Assembly: GCF_006345805.1 (NCBI RefSeq)
Contig: NC_043000.1
Span: 17,236,001-17,300,000 of the forward strand
DNA: 64,000 bases
Direction of reading: 5' to 3'
From: Octopus sinensis
Lineage: Eukaryota
Shown: positions 11,671 to 24,530 of the stretch, piece by piece
Numbering within the stretch: the stretch's first letter is position 1
How the letters are laid out: each line of letters opens with the position of its first letter
Notes under the pieces: model-generated
What the model saw: only the letters and a program-made list of their open reading frames with translations
Databases searched by the model: none
Told to the model about the DNA's origin: nothing
Translations under genes and position numbers: made by a program

Positions 11671-14600
11671 GTGCTTGGAGCTAGGACAAAATCTGAAAAG
11701 CAGACTGAAAACCCTGCACCAGCAAACAAAGGAAAAACAAATACCCAGTCACCAGTCTTGCGACTGGCCACCTGGAATGTCAGGACCATGTGCCCTGGCA
11801 TCATTGACGATCTACGACAGATGAACGACAGTAGGAAGACAGCAGTCATCAACACCGAATTGAAAAGGCTGAACATCGACATAGCGGCGCTGCAAGAGAC
11901 CAGGCTCGCCGCAGACGGCATGCTACGGGAGAAGGACTACACCTTCTACTGGCAGGGGAGACCCGTCGAGGAGGCCCGCCAGCATGGCGTGGGGTTTGCC
12001 GTGAGGAACAGCTTGCTCCCCATGGCGATCCCTCCTTCAAATGGCTCAGAGCGCATCCTCACTCTTGGCCTTGCAACATCAACGGGGAAGGTAAACATAA
12101 TTAGTGCTTATGCCCCAACACTCCACTCTCCTCAGGAAATAAAAGACCGGTTCTATGAGGAGCTCGACGCCACCATCAGCCAGATACCAGGGTCGGAGCC
12201 CATCTTCCTTCTGGGCGACTTCAACGCAAGGGTGGGATCCGATCATGGGGCATAGCCAGATTGCCTTGGACGCTTTGGCGTGGGGAAGATGAATGAGAAT
12301 GGCCAGAGATTGTTGGATCTTTGCTCTTACCGGAAACTCTGCGTTACCAACACATTCTTCGTGACTAAGCCACAACACCAGGTCTCATGGAGGCACCCAA
12401 GGTCCGGATACTGGCACCAACTGGACATGGTCATCACCCGGCGAGCCCACCTCGGCAGTGTGCTTCTCACACGCAGCTACCATGGTGCTGACTGTGATAC
12501 AGACCACTCTCTGGTGTGCAGCAGGGTCCGATTGGCCCCAAAGAAAATCCGCCGTCCCGTAGGGAAAAGCCGCCCACGCATCAACACCGCCAGGACATCA
12601 TCAACCGCATGGAGGAAGCCCTTAAAGATCACGCAGCCACGTCCATCGAGGAGAGATGGCAGCTTATTCGCGACACCACTTGCAGAATAGCCATGTCATC
12701 CCTAGGAAAGAGGGAGCGGAGAAATCAAGACTGCACCTGCCTGAGATGGAGCCTGTCATTGCTGCCAAGAGGGAAGCACTGGTCAACTATAAGCGCGACC
12801 CATCAGAAAAGAACCTGGCTACTCTGAGAACAGCCAGAAGCGACGCCCAGAGGACGGTCAGACGTTGCGCCAACATCTACTGGCAGAACTTATGCCAGAA
12901 CATCCAGTGCTGTGCTGACAGTGGTAACGTGAAAGGGATGTACGAGGGGATGAAGAAAGCATTCGGGCCCACTGTCAGCAAGGTTGCTCCACTGAAGTCC
13001 AGGGATGGCGAGGTCATCAGGGACCAAGCGAAGCAGATGGAGAGGTGGGTCGAGCATTACCAGAACCTCTACTCCACTGAGAATGTGGTCACCAGGTCTG
13101 CCCTCGCCGGCATTCCTGCTCTGCCTGTCATGGAGGAGCTTGACCTGCCTCCAACAAAGGAAGAACTGAGCAAAGCAATTGACTCACTCGCTCGGGGCAA
13201 GGCACCAGGGCAAGACGGCATCCCCGCAGAAGTCATCCAGTGCGGGAAGCCAGCCCTTCTGGGCCATCTCCACGAGCTGCTCTGTCAGTGCTGGGAGGAG
13301 GGCTCTGTCCCTAAGGATATGCGTGACGCAAACATCATCACACTGTATAAAAACAAAGGGGACAGAAGCGACTGTAATAATTACAGGGGCATATCACTGC
13401 TCAGCACTGTCGGTAAGGCATTTGCCAGGGTGGTCCTGAAGAGGTTGCAAATGCTTGCAGAGCGTGTGTACCCCGAGTCTCAGTCTGGCTTTAGGGCAGA
13501 GAGGTCTACAATCGACATGATCTTCTCACTCAGGCAGCTTCAAGAAAAGAGTCGAGAACAGAGACAGCCCCTATACGTGGCCTTCATCGACCTGGCTAAG
13601 GCGTTCGACTCAGTCAGCAGGGGCTATTTGCGCTCCTGGGTAGGATAGGTTGCCCTCCCAGACTGCTGAAACTCATCATCTCCTTTCACGACGGTATGCA
13701 GGGAACAGTGCATTTTGACGGATCGCCCTCGGAGTCGTTCCCCATCCAGAGTGGAGTGAAACAGGGTTGCGTTCTGGCGCCAACGCTCTTCGGAATTTTC
13801 TTCTCCCTTGTCCTGTCCTATGCCTTCAGAACGTCCGACGACGGAGTGTTCCTCCACACCAGGGCTGATGGTGGATTGTTCAATCTTGTGCGCCTCAGAG
13901 CTAAGACCAAAGTCCGTCAGGTGCTGATCAGAGAGATCCTCTTTTCTGACGATGCCGCCCTAACATCACACAACCAGCCGGGTCTCCAGAGGCTGGTCAG
14001 CTCCCTGGCGGATGCCTGCCAAGAGTTCGGCCTTACCATCGGCCTGAAAAAGACAGAGATCATGGGCCAGGACGTCGGAGGGGTCCCCAGCATCAGTGTC
14101 GGCGACCACAGCTTGCAGGTGGTGAACGAGTTCACTTACCTGGGATCGACGGTCTCCAGCAGCCTGTCCCTCGAGCCGGAGCTGAACAGACGGATTGGGA
14201 AGGCTGCTGCTGCCATGGCTAAGCTCTCCAGGAGAGTGTGGGAAAACAACATGCTCACAATAACCACCAAGATCGCAGTGTACCGAGCCTGCGTGCTGAG
14301 CACCCTACTCTACGGCAGCGAGATCTGGACAGCATACACCCGGCAAGAATGCCGCCTCAGCGGCTTCCACATGCAGTGTCTTCGACGGATCCTTGGCATC
14401 TCCTGGAAGGACCGAGTACCAAACGGAGTCATCCTAGAACAGACTAATATGCCAAGCATGCATGCCCTCCTCGTGCGGAGACGACTGCGCTGGCTCGGAC
14501 ACGTCTGCCGCATGCAGGACGGTCGCATGCCTAAAGACATCCTGGGAGGTAACAGCTGCTGACCGCTCTGCTTGGCGTCGGACAGTGAGGAAAGGCGTTT

Positions 14601-14776
14601 CCATGGCTGAGGAAAGGAGAGCACAGCTGTGGTCGGACAGGCGGGACAGGAGGAGGACAACTGCAGCAACACCCCACACGTACCCATCGATGTTCGTGTG
14701 CAGCAACTGTACCAGGGACTGCCTCTCTAGAATTGGACTGTTCAGTCACAGCAGACGCTGCTCATCATCAAAGTAG
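11671..14776 (+). pseudogene. RTE endonuclease-reverse transcriptase ORF with in-frame stop, frameshifts and internal deletions
   Basis: APE motifs LATWNVRTM, ALQETR, SAYAPT, GDFNARVG, DTDH; RT motifs YRGISLLS, QSGFRAERST, FIDLAKAFDSV, GVKQGCVLAP, LFSDD, YLGS; TAG at 12253-55; frame breaks near 12600, 12735, 13622; deletion near 14545. Confidence 0.93.
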
Positions 14777-14839
14777 GCCCCACCCTTGGCGCGACCCATT
14801 GTCTATCAAGACAGACGGGGAGAAGAGAAGAGAGAGAGA

Positions 14840-14875
<36 letters not shown>

Positions 14876-15417
14876 TTAGAAAAAGATTGTCAAAAGTAAA
14901 ATGTAAAGCTTTGTATAAGCTTTGTTGTGTTAAGTACTGGTTATCACAAAAGTATTAAAAGACAGTTATACAGTTTTTTGATAATGATAAGAAAATGTTA
15001 AAAACAGTTTACAAGAAAGTATTTAAGAAAGTATTCAACACAAAATAGTATGAGTTCAATATAGACCAACAAAATAAAACCTGGTAACAGAGATTTGAGA
15101 AGACCACAATTGAGTTGGGCAACAACAAGGAATGGACAGGGGGAAATATGGGGAAGTTGGCTGAAGTCTTGAAAGGAAAGGTGTTTGTGTCCCTGGCTGT
15201 GTACCTACGGCCACCCTACACTATAAATTTTCACACACACATAAATGTATCGGGTATGATCATGCTGGAGCACTATCTTATATCTGTCTATCAATTTGTC
15301 TGACTATCAATGTATCTATGTATGTATTTATGTATCTACTTAGCTATCTGTCTGTCTGTCTGCCTGTTTGCCCGTTTGTATACAGTGAATAATTAAGATA
15401 AGCACTAGTATAAATAT

Positions 15418-15805
15418 GTGGAGGCGCAATGGCCCAGTGGTTAGGGCAGCGGACTCGCGGTCGTAGGATCGCAGTTTCGATTCCCAGACCGGGCGTTGTG
15501 AGTGGTTATTGAGCGAAAACACCTAAAGCTCCACGAGGCTCCGGCAGGGGATGGTGGTGATCCCTGCTGTACTCTTTCACCACAACTTTCTCTCACTCTT
15601 ACTTCCTGTTTCTGTTGTACCTGTATTTCAAAGGACCGACCTTGTCACTCTCTGCGTCACGCTGAATATCCCCGAGAACTACGTTAAGGGTACACGTGTC
15701 TGTGGAGTGCTCAGCCACTTACACGTTAATTTCACGAGCAGGCTGTTCCGTTGATTCGGATCAACCGGAACCCTCGTCGTCGTAACCGACGGAGTGCTTC
15801 CATCC
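15418..15805 (+). mobile_element. SINE family A
   Basis: Full copy; TSD agtataaatat at 15407 and 15806. Confidence 0.95.
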
Positions 15806-16020
15806 AGTATAAATATTTATTCCTACGTACGTTTTACCATAATAGTTATTTAAATCTCAGCATTGGATGCGGTCCAAGTGCATGCCATTGCCTAATCGCA
15901 ATGGATTATCAAGAAAAACAATCCTGGAAGCTGGCTGGATAATGATAATCTAATGGTGCTCTCACTCATACAGTAGTAGTCGTACGTCTAACTGTACATA
16001 CAACACACACACACACACAC

Positions 16021-16095
<75 letters not shown>

Positions 16096-16149
16096 AAACT
16101 TTACATATATAAATATAAATAACGTGAAATACACGAAGGGACGAACATG

Positions 16150-16320
16150 AAAAACAGACAGGTCATTCAAAGCCTTCATTCTTCAGTCAGAAACCGATTC
16201 ATCATTGCAAATTTCGGCTGTTTAATTCTAAGATCTGCTCTGAATCGGCCAGCCCCAAGGAAAACTAAGCTGTGGGCATTAGATCGCTTGGTAGAAGGAA
16301 AGAATGCAAACGCAACAGAG
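16150..16320. repeat. Unclassified interspersed repeat (family D), homologous to 52920-53110
   Basis: Shared cttcagtca..aaccg..atttcggctg..ggccagccccaaggaaaactaagc..gcattagat; both copies lie next to (TA)n. Confidence 0.7.
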
Positions 16321-16724
16321 ACGAACTTTTTTGAAGACAGTAACGGTTAAAAACAAGAATGACACAGGCGTCCTACGACTTTGAGACAAAATGAGACACA
16401 AAAACAATTTATCAGCAAGCGTGGAAAAACAATTACCTTTTCGGTGAGGAGACACGTGTTGAACAAGCAGCCATCGCCAACGGAATGGCTCAGAGGCAGA
16501 TATATATATATATATAGCTCGCGTTAATGGTGACAGGCTTCATTTCTTGCAATGCCTTCTGGATATGTTAGAGGCACGTAGCAATTGTGTACTGCCGCCA
16601 GTAAGCCCTCAAGTTAAAATTTTCCTCTTCCTCTTCTTGGGCGGCATCCACAGAAGCAACCAGGTTCGTCAGGGCATATTTTAATGGGTTTAATGAAAAA
16701 TTTTAAGTGTTCATATATATATAT

Positions 16725-16790
16725 TTTTTTTAATCCGCGAAGTCGTGAATCCGCGATAGTTGAACCGCGAAGTAGCGAGGGATCCCTGTA
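16725..16790 (-). mobile_element. Terminal fragment of a Tigger/pogo-like MITE
   Basis: Minus strand TA-CAGGGATCCCTCGCTACTTCGCGGTTC resembles pogo/Tigger-type termini; the other end was not found. Confidence 0.45.
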
Positions 16791-17066
16791 TTGTTGTATT
16801 TCGGGATAGTCATTTTTTTTCTTGCCAAATAAACACACGCACTGTATATTCGTTCTTCACTCGTTTATTACTGTTCTTATTTTAACTCATGTCCATTGTC
16901 TGGAAATATTTCGTCATATATCTATGACCTCTTCAGCAACACTCTCCGTCCTCCTGTGTGTTCCTGCTCTGTTTAGTCCATTCTAAGCAGTAATAAACGC
17001 GTGAAGAACGTATATATAGTACGTGAGTTTATTTGGCAAAAAAAATGACCATCCCGAAATATAACA

Positions 17067-17069
<3 letters not shown>
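16789..17069. repeat. About 85-bp imperfect inverted repeat enclosing a degenerate hammerhead motif (16898-16940, minus)
   Basis: Arms 16789-16875 and 16985-17069; the loop contains CTGAAGA-G-GTCATA-GATA-TATGAC-GAAA-TATT-TC on the minus strand. Confidence 0.7.
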
Positions 17070-17124
<55 letters not shown>

Positions 17125-17139
17125 GAGAGAGAGAGAGAT

Positions 17140-17172
<33 letters not shown>

Positions 17173-18049
17173 CATACATACATAATACATACATACATAC
17201 ATACATACATACATACATACATACATACATGCATGCATGCATGCATACATACATACATACATACATACATACATACATACATACATACATACATACATAC
17301 ATACATACATACATACATACATACATACATACATAGGAGTTTACTATATTCTGTTATGCTATGTAACTTATTCGCAAATTGTATAGCAGAAAACAATACA
17401 GTTAAAATACATTACAAATATATGCTTAAAATAAAAACAGTAAGAAAACATAGCTATAAAGATATAATTTTAAAATGGGTGATTGATAGATTCTGTGTGT
17501 AACAAGTAATAGAGTGGCTGGATAGGCAAAACAAGAGATCCTTGTACGGATGTCGTCAATGGCTTGTTTTTCATTTCTTCTTCAAACTGGTTTTATCATC
17601 CTTTGACTATACATATTCATTCACACACGCACATACACGTACACATGCAGACATACATATATATATATGCACACGCATATACTACAATTATAGTTCTCAG
17701 TCCATGGTTAAACGGTGTGGTATGCATATATATATATATATTGCGGTTTTAGCCGCTTCACCAGTTTCCCGTTCGCCTGTAAGATCGTAAAGTGTGAAAC
17801 TCCATTGATGTGTGAGTGTGTGTGTGTATGTGTGTGTGTTTGTGTATGTATGTATATATGTGAATGTGTGTGTGTGTATGTATATGTGTGTGTGTGCGTG
17901 TGTGTATGTGTGTGTATTTAACTACTTGCTTATTATACACAAGCACATTCATACAGGCATATACGAGCAGTAATATGCGCTTAGAGGCACACCCTCAGCA
18001 GCAGCAGCAGCAGCAGTAGCAGCGGCAGCAGCACTAGTAGTAGTAGCAG

Positions 18050-18164
<115 letters not shown>

Positions 18165-19262
18165 TCACAAGTTGCTAAATAAACAAATAGAGAAAAAAGA
18201 AACCAAATCTCAGAGATAGCAACTAAATGTCATTTAGATTTGAAATTGAAGGCGCAGACGACAGTTTCCACCATTAACTGCAATTATTGCGTCAACAACA
18301 ATCTGGCGTAATTTTAGTTGCTGTAATTTTCACTGAAAATTTAATGAGTTTTATTTCATTGGGGATTAAAGAACCGATTTAGAACTACTGGTTTTAAACA
18401 CTGTTTAATAAAAAAAAAAGTGACAGCCAAGCATAATAATAATCTCACTGTTAAAGCTAGGAAGATATGCGTAGACATTTGACTTCAAAATCTTCACGAT
18501 AACATGAAAGGTTACGTAGTAAATTGATTTGACATTGTCTGCTGTGATACTGATGACATAGGATGGTTTGGTTTAACGCCCTCTGCATTGGAAATATGCA
18601 TTTTTTTTTCGACATAGTTCTAAATAATCAAGCTTAAAAGTGGATGGTTATTATATGTGTACCTACAAATTTCTAAACATAAAACTTCCGTGAAGGTAGA
18701 TACCCGATTATTTGAAAAGAAAGATCGGTACTGTTCCATGTGAGAAATATTGTTCTTCTTTTTCGTTTTTCTTTTTTTTTTCCCCTTAATTGCATATATC
18801 AATACGAATACCATATGTACGTAGTTTGTATCTTTCAACAGATTGTGATGAAAAGGTAAGAAAAAAAAATCTTGTTTGGAATGTGTTTTTAAACAAACAA
18901 ACAACTAATCATTCTCACTTGTGCAAATGTTTCATTTGGTTTTTATCCTTCAACATTTTCAAACAAATAACGTGCCAGCCTGTCACTTAGAAACAAGGTT
19001 CCAGCGTTTATATTCAGAGAAGAATAACCATTAGAGAGACTAATGGTAATTGATCTGATTCCTTGTTTGTACTGACCGGCTTACAGAGGAAATTTTCATT
19101 ACTCCGATTAATTGTCTGTTACGTGTGTACCTAATGCTGATAAGGACATTGTACAGTACTGCAATTTCGAAACTGATAACCTACATTGTACATGCTGTCT
19201 CGCGAATTTATAACAGTTGATTGCACCAACTTAGTACAACTACTAGTAATTAATTTGCAGTG

Positions 19263-19791
19263 TAGTGTCGTAAAAAATTAACAGTAAATTGCGATAGAAA
19301 CCGGAAGTGACGACATTGGAGACGTATTTTTTTCTCTCTATCTATAGAACATGAAAACGACGCATGGAACGCACATACAGCTTTTTCACGGCGTCTGAAG
19401 CCATTTTACCACATGTTCTCATAAAAATACGATGTAAATAAAGCAACTCCCGTTTAGCATTGTCATTTGAGTTTCTTCTTGGCATGTCTACGTGAGGATT
19501 TCCTCATCACTGGATGAACAAAATCTCAAAATCTAAAGAATGATTCGCGACTTCACAGCTATATATGAGGCTTAAACTAAAACAAAGTCCACCCCTTGTC
19601 CCTGTGGCTTTCCAACTGATGTTTGCTGTTGGTTATAATTCGTCGCAGCGGTATACTTCTGCTGCTGTTTCAGAAATGCACATGCTATCACAAAAAGGTA
19701 TTATATAACTTAGGTGCTTGCGTTTATGAAGTGAAAAGATTTCACTTTCGTCACTTCCGGTGAAATTCATTTTCACTTTTTCACGACACTA
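19263..19791. mobile_element. MITE-like element with imperfect 45-50 bp terminal inverted repeats
   Basis: Left tagtgtcgtaaaaaa...accggaagtgacga; right tcgtcacttccggt...tttttcacgacacta; no internal ORF. Confidence 0.65.
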
Positions 19792-20090
19792 AACTACATG
19801 CTATCCCCATTAATCCATCAATACACAAACCTTCACCCACCAACACAGATAAATAAATCTTCACTCACCAGTACACTACAACCATTATAACGCAGACATA
19901 CATACATCCACTCACCAATGCTGCAACCGCTTAAAAACAAACACCAAATTTGCCAATACCACAATGACCACCACCAACAACAACATACCAACAAGGAAAG
20001 TTCTGTGTGTTCGATTTATCAAAACTAACAACCAAATCATTTTTCCTATTGCAATCTACACAGGATAGACTTCTTTGACTCTTGCGCTTT

Positions 20091-20277
20091 ATCTTTTACT
20101 TGTTTCAGTCATTAGACGGCGGCCATGCTGGAGCACCACCTTGAAAAATTAGTCGATCGAATCGACCCCAGTACTTTTTTTAAAGGTTGGTACTTATTCT
20201 ATCGGTCTCTCGTTTGTTGAACTGCTAAGTTACGGGAAAGTAAACAGACCAACACCAGTTGTCAAGCGTTGGTATAT

Positions 20278-20344
<67 letters not shown>

Positions 20345-20500
20345 GACGAGCTTCTTTCGGTTTCCGCCTACCAATTCCACTCACAAATCAGTGGTCGGCC
20401 CGAGGCTATAGTAGAAGACACTTGCCCAAAGTACCACGTAGTGGGACAGAAACCGCAACTGTGCTGTTGGGAAGCAAGCTTCTTACCACACAGCCATGCC
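20091..20500 (-). mobile_element. SINE family B
   Basis: Head, CORE-like gggcaagtgtcttctactatagc, internal (TA)n, 3' half and (taaaaga)n tail. Confidence 0.88.
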
Positions 20501-20719
20501 GTTTTCGTTTTGTTTTTCTTTTCATTTTCTTTTCTTTTCTTTTTTCTTTTTTTTCTTTTTTTGCTTCAGTATATGAGATAGTCATGTTTGGAATGCTTTC
20601 AATCATGGATGATGACGTAGGAGTTAACAAAAACAATGAAAATCATAAGACGAACTCCACTGCAACAACCACAAAATGCCAATACTCTAAGAGGAAACAT
20701 CATTATTTTCAATATCTCT

Positions 20720-21260
20720 GACACCACCAAACCAATATCATCATCTCCACCTCCACCACCATCACCACAACCACCACAAATACAACGACCATTACCATTA
20801 TTGTAAATACACTCCCTACCGTCACAATTGCTTACTTCAACCTCAGCTACCATTACATCAACAGTACCACTACTACGACTACTATGAATACTGCCACCAC
20901 CACCACCAACAATAACAACCGACCACCTCCACCATCATCATCATCACCATCTACTGCCACAACAAGCAGCAGCACCACTGCCACCACCATCGCTACAACC
21001 ACCACCATCACTACAACTACCACCATCGCTACAACCACCACCATCGCTACAACCACCACCATCGCTACAACTACCACCATCGCTACAACTACCACCATCG
21101 CTACAACTACCACCATCGCTACAACCACCACTATCGCTACAACCATCACCATCGCTACAACCACCACCTTCGCCACAACCGTTATTAGCTACTACTATCG
21201 GTTTCACCACAACCATCAACACCATCAATCACCATCATCTACTTTCATCCTTACCACAGT
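20720..21260. repeat. ACC/ACT low-complexity tract with an 18-bp unit (accaccatcgctacaac[c/t]) repeated about 10 times
   Basis: Direct inspection, regular at 20985-21180. Confidence 0.9.
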
Positions 21261-21359
21261 AACCATAGCAACAGACTTCTAATTAGGAAGGATGCCACTA
21301 TAATTATTTAATTAGATCTTCTTCACTGACATTTAAGAATGTAGAACCATCCTGTTGCA

Positions 21360-22380
21360 CTGGCTACTCTGTCTACCTTTAATATATTCACTTTTACTGT
21401 CTACCTTCATTGTCTACTTATATCGTGTCTACTTTTACTGTCCACCTATACTGTGTCTACTTTCACTATCCAGTTATACTATGTCCACCTTCACTGCCCC
21501 CCTATACTTTGAGACAGTGACCATGAAAATATCCGCTTTTATTGTCCACCTATACAATGTCTACTTTCACTGTCCATTTATAATGAGTCCATCTTCACTG
21601 TCCCCTTACATTGTGAGACAGTGATAGTGAAAATATTCTCTTTCTTTGTCCACCTATATACTGTGTCTAGTGGAGGCGCAATGGCCCAGTGGTTAGGGCA
21701 ACGGACTCACGGTCATAGGATCGCGGTTTCGATTCCCAGACCGGGCGTTGTGAGTGTTTATTGAGCGAAAACACCTAAAGTTCCACGAGGCTCCGGCAGG
21801 GGATGGTGGTGATCCCTGCTGTACTCTTTCACCACAACTTTCTCTCACTCTTACTTCCTGTTTCTGTTGTATCTGTATTTCAAAGGGCCGGCCTTGTCAC
21901 TCTCTGTGTCACACTGAATATCCCCGAGAACTACGTTAAGGGTACACGTGTCTGTGGAGTGCTCAGCCACTTACACGTTAATTTCACGAGCAGGCTGTTC
22001 CGTTGATTCGGATCAACCGGAACCCTCGTCGTCGTAACCGACGGAGTGCTTCCATCCATATACTGTGTCTACTCTCACGGGCCACTTATGCTGTACCCAG
22101 CTTCGTTATCCAGTTTAATGTATTCACTTTCACTGTCTACTAATACCGTGTCAACTTTCACTGAGTCCACCTACGTTTATGTCCACCTTCACTGTCCACC
22201 TATCTTTTGTCTACTTTTATATCCACCTATATTGTGTCTGTCTTCTAGCTATTCGGTGTCCACTTTTACTGTCTACTTATACAGTGTCTATTTTCAGTGT
22301 CCACCTTTAGTGTGTCCACTTTCGCTGTATACATTTACCGTGCTTAACATCACTGTGTCTGCCATCACTGTCCACCTTTA
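21360..22380. repeat. Degenerate about 28-bp minisatellite (tatactgtgtctactttcactgtccacc), interrupted by a SINE
   Basis: Recurrent tgtctac/tgtccac half-units on both sides of the SINE A insertion. Confidence 0.75.
21670..22057 (+). mobile_element. SINE family A
   Basis: Full copy; 14-bp TSD atatactgtgtcta at 21656 and 22058. Confidence 0.95.
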
Positions 22381-22384
22381 CCGG

Positions 22385-22610
22385 GAGCGTTCCGAGCTAA
22401 CAAGGAGCCCGTATTCAAGTCGACCGATCTGCTAGAAATAAGCACCTAAATCTTCTTTCTTATCTCACATTACTGTTTTGAAAGATGAAGGAAACATTTA
22501 GATAATATATTCCTGGCTATTGCTTGAAACAAAAAATAAAGATGAGATGATCATGGCTGGAATGTCTTTGTTCATAGGTCTACTCAATCAGCACTTCGTT
22601 TGGGGCTAAA
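22385..22610 (+). mobile_element. Old SINE-like family E; other copies about 23580-23920 (-), 24690-24790 (+), 51700-52140 (+)
   Basis: Shared ctgctagaaatagca..aaatct, atggctggaatg..tttg..catagg..gatcagg..ggggctaaac and a (CAA)n tail at 52125. Confidence 0.6.
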
Positions 22611-22914
22611 CGCTTGTTTGTTTTTTTCTTTTTCTCTTTCCCTGTCTCGGAATCTGCAAGAATATCATTCGGCCGGTACTTATGTACCAATTTTGATATT
22701 TACATAATGTTGTGTGTGTATTATTATTCCGACCTAGCGAGGTGCTTCAATTCAACTGAATCTTACATAAAAAATAAGTAAAATACTAGGCTTACAAAGA
22801 ATGAGTCCTGGGGTCGATTTGCTCAGTTAAAATCAGTGCTCCAGCATGGCTGCATAACTGAAACAAATTAAAGAGTAAAAGAGTATGTATGTATGTATGT
22901 ATGTATTATGTATG

Positions 22915-23180
22915 TGATGATGATGATGGCAATCCCTCAAGGTCGAGGATGATGGTCTTCGCGCAAATTTACTGGTGAGTCCGTAGGTGACCGATAAGAC
23001 CAATTCTTGCTTGAAAAGATCGGTCGCAGTGCGGACATCTAGTGCCGGAAGGGAGAGTCGCACGTGGTTGCTGTTGGCGCTCCTTCCGTCGTCAAAAAAC
23101 AGACCACTCTGGAAAACCACCATCCATGAGGGAACGGCGACTTTCGAGTCGAAAAGGTCTGCAGAGCTGGAGGAGAAAAA
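22915..23180 (-). mobile_element. RTE LINE 3'-end fragment (third family)
   Basis: Minus strand encodes RCPHCDRSFQARIGLIGHLRTHQ*, then hairpin cctc-gacctt-gagg and a (cat)n tail. Confidence 0.8.
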
Positions 23181-24099
23181 AATTATGTATGTATGATGTA
23201 TGTGTAAGCATGTTGCGGACTTGAGAAATCATGAAACATTTTTAAGTCGTAGTTATTTATGATTACAAGGGTTTGGTATACGAGACTGTTTCGTTTATAT
23301 GCATAGTGGTTGAAAGTATTCTGGGTGTTCTCAAGGTCTCTGTTTCATAAAGTCAGATTAGTTCTGAAGTATGATACAAAGGATACGGGTGTGAAAATCT
23401 AGAGAAGGTTTGAAAGATGGTATTGATTACATAGGAGTGTTTGTATTGTTAAAAGTGGTCTGCAGGCCAATCATTAATACACAGAAGAACGAGTAATATG
23501 AGGGGATATATAACATAAGCTTGTGATACGCTAAACTATAAAACGGAACGGCTGTAAACTTCCAGTTCGAGTAAGGAGAAGCTCCAGATCAGCCTTGATT
23601 GAAGGTAAGGAGAAGCTCCAGATCAGCCTTGATTGAACAGTCGCATGAACAAAAGCACTCCAGCCATGACTATCGTGTCTTTTCCCATTATACAGAGAAC
23701 CACATTATTCAACATAACCTTTTTGTAAAGATGTCAGGGTGTGATTTGAAGGAGATTTAACTACTCTTAGCCAGGAGGTTATCGTCTCATATCATACGCT
23801 GCCCTACCTCATTGCACAGCTGTTTTTGTTTTTGTTTCGTTTTTTCGTGTAACCCAATGTAGGAGCCTCTACGCTATTATTCAATCTGCTACAAATAGCA
23901 GTTGAACGTCCCTCAAATTATGGCATACCACTTTGATACGCAATAACTGAGTGAAGGAGAAAACGAGAAGTGTTCATCGGTAGAAGGCTATTTAACGGAT
24001 GGTCTTCTTAATCAGGTCTGGCTTATGACAAAGCAAAAGCTGTTTAAATCCAGCCTGTAAATATGAGATGCAACATATAATCTTTTATGATGCAACCAC

Positions 24100-24530
24100 C
24101 CACTACCACTACCGCTATCACCACCACCACCATCATCATCGTCATCACACCACCACCATCACCACCACCACCATCACCACCATCACAACCACCACCGCCA
24201 TCACAACCACCACCACCACCATCACCACCACCACCACCACCATCACCACTACCACCACCACCACCGTCACCACTACCACCACCACCACCATCACCACTAC
24301 CACCACCACCACCATCACCACTACCACCATCACCACCACCATCATCACCACTACCACCATCACCACTACCACCATCACAACCACCACCACCACCATCACC
24401 ACTACCACCATCACCACCATCACCACCACCATCATCACAACCACCACCATCACCACCACCACCGTGACCACTACCACTACCATCGCCGCCGCCATCAACA
24501 TCATCATCATCATCATCAACAACAACAATC
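24100..24530. repeat. (CAC/CAT)n trinucleotide low-complexity tract
   Basis: Direct inspection. Confidence 0.93.

Larger units (their letters stand above)
10950..14840 (+). mobile_element. Full-length RTE-clade (BovB-like) non-LTR retrotransposon, disrupted
   Basis: About 720-nt GC-rich 5' UTR, single APE-RT ORF remnants, C-terminal CxxC...SH..RC motif, short 3' UTR with hairpin tgtct-atca-agaca and AG-rich tail; (ATT)n on both flanks. Confidence 0.93.

Noticed and set aside
15551-15754. Recurrent 67-aa ORF MVVIPAVLFHHNFL... in many places
   Set aside because: Lies within SINE family A; recurrence reflects SINE copy number.
20853-21282. Mucin-like Thr-rich ORFs (also 24044-24706, 38712-39192)
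   Set aside because: Trinucleotide low-complexity DNA with no non-repetitive domain or splice support.
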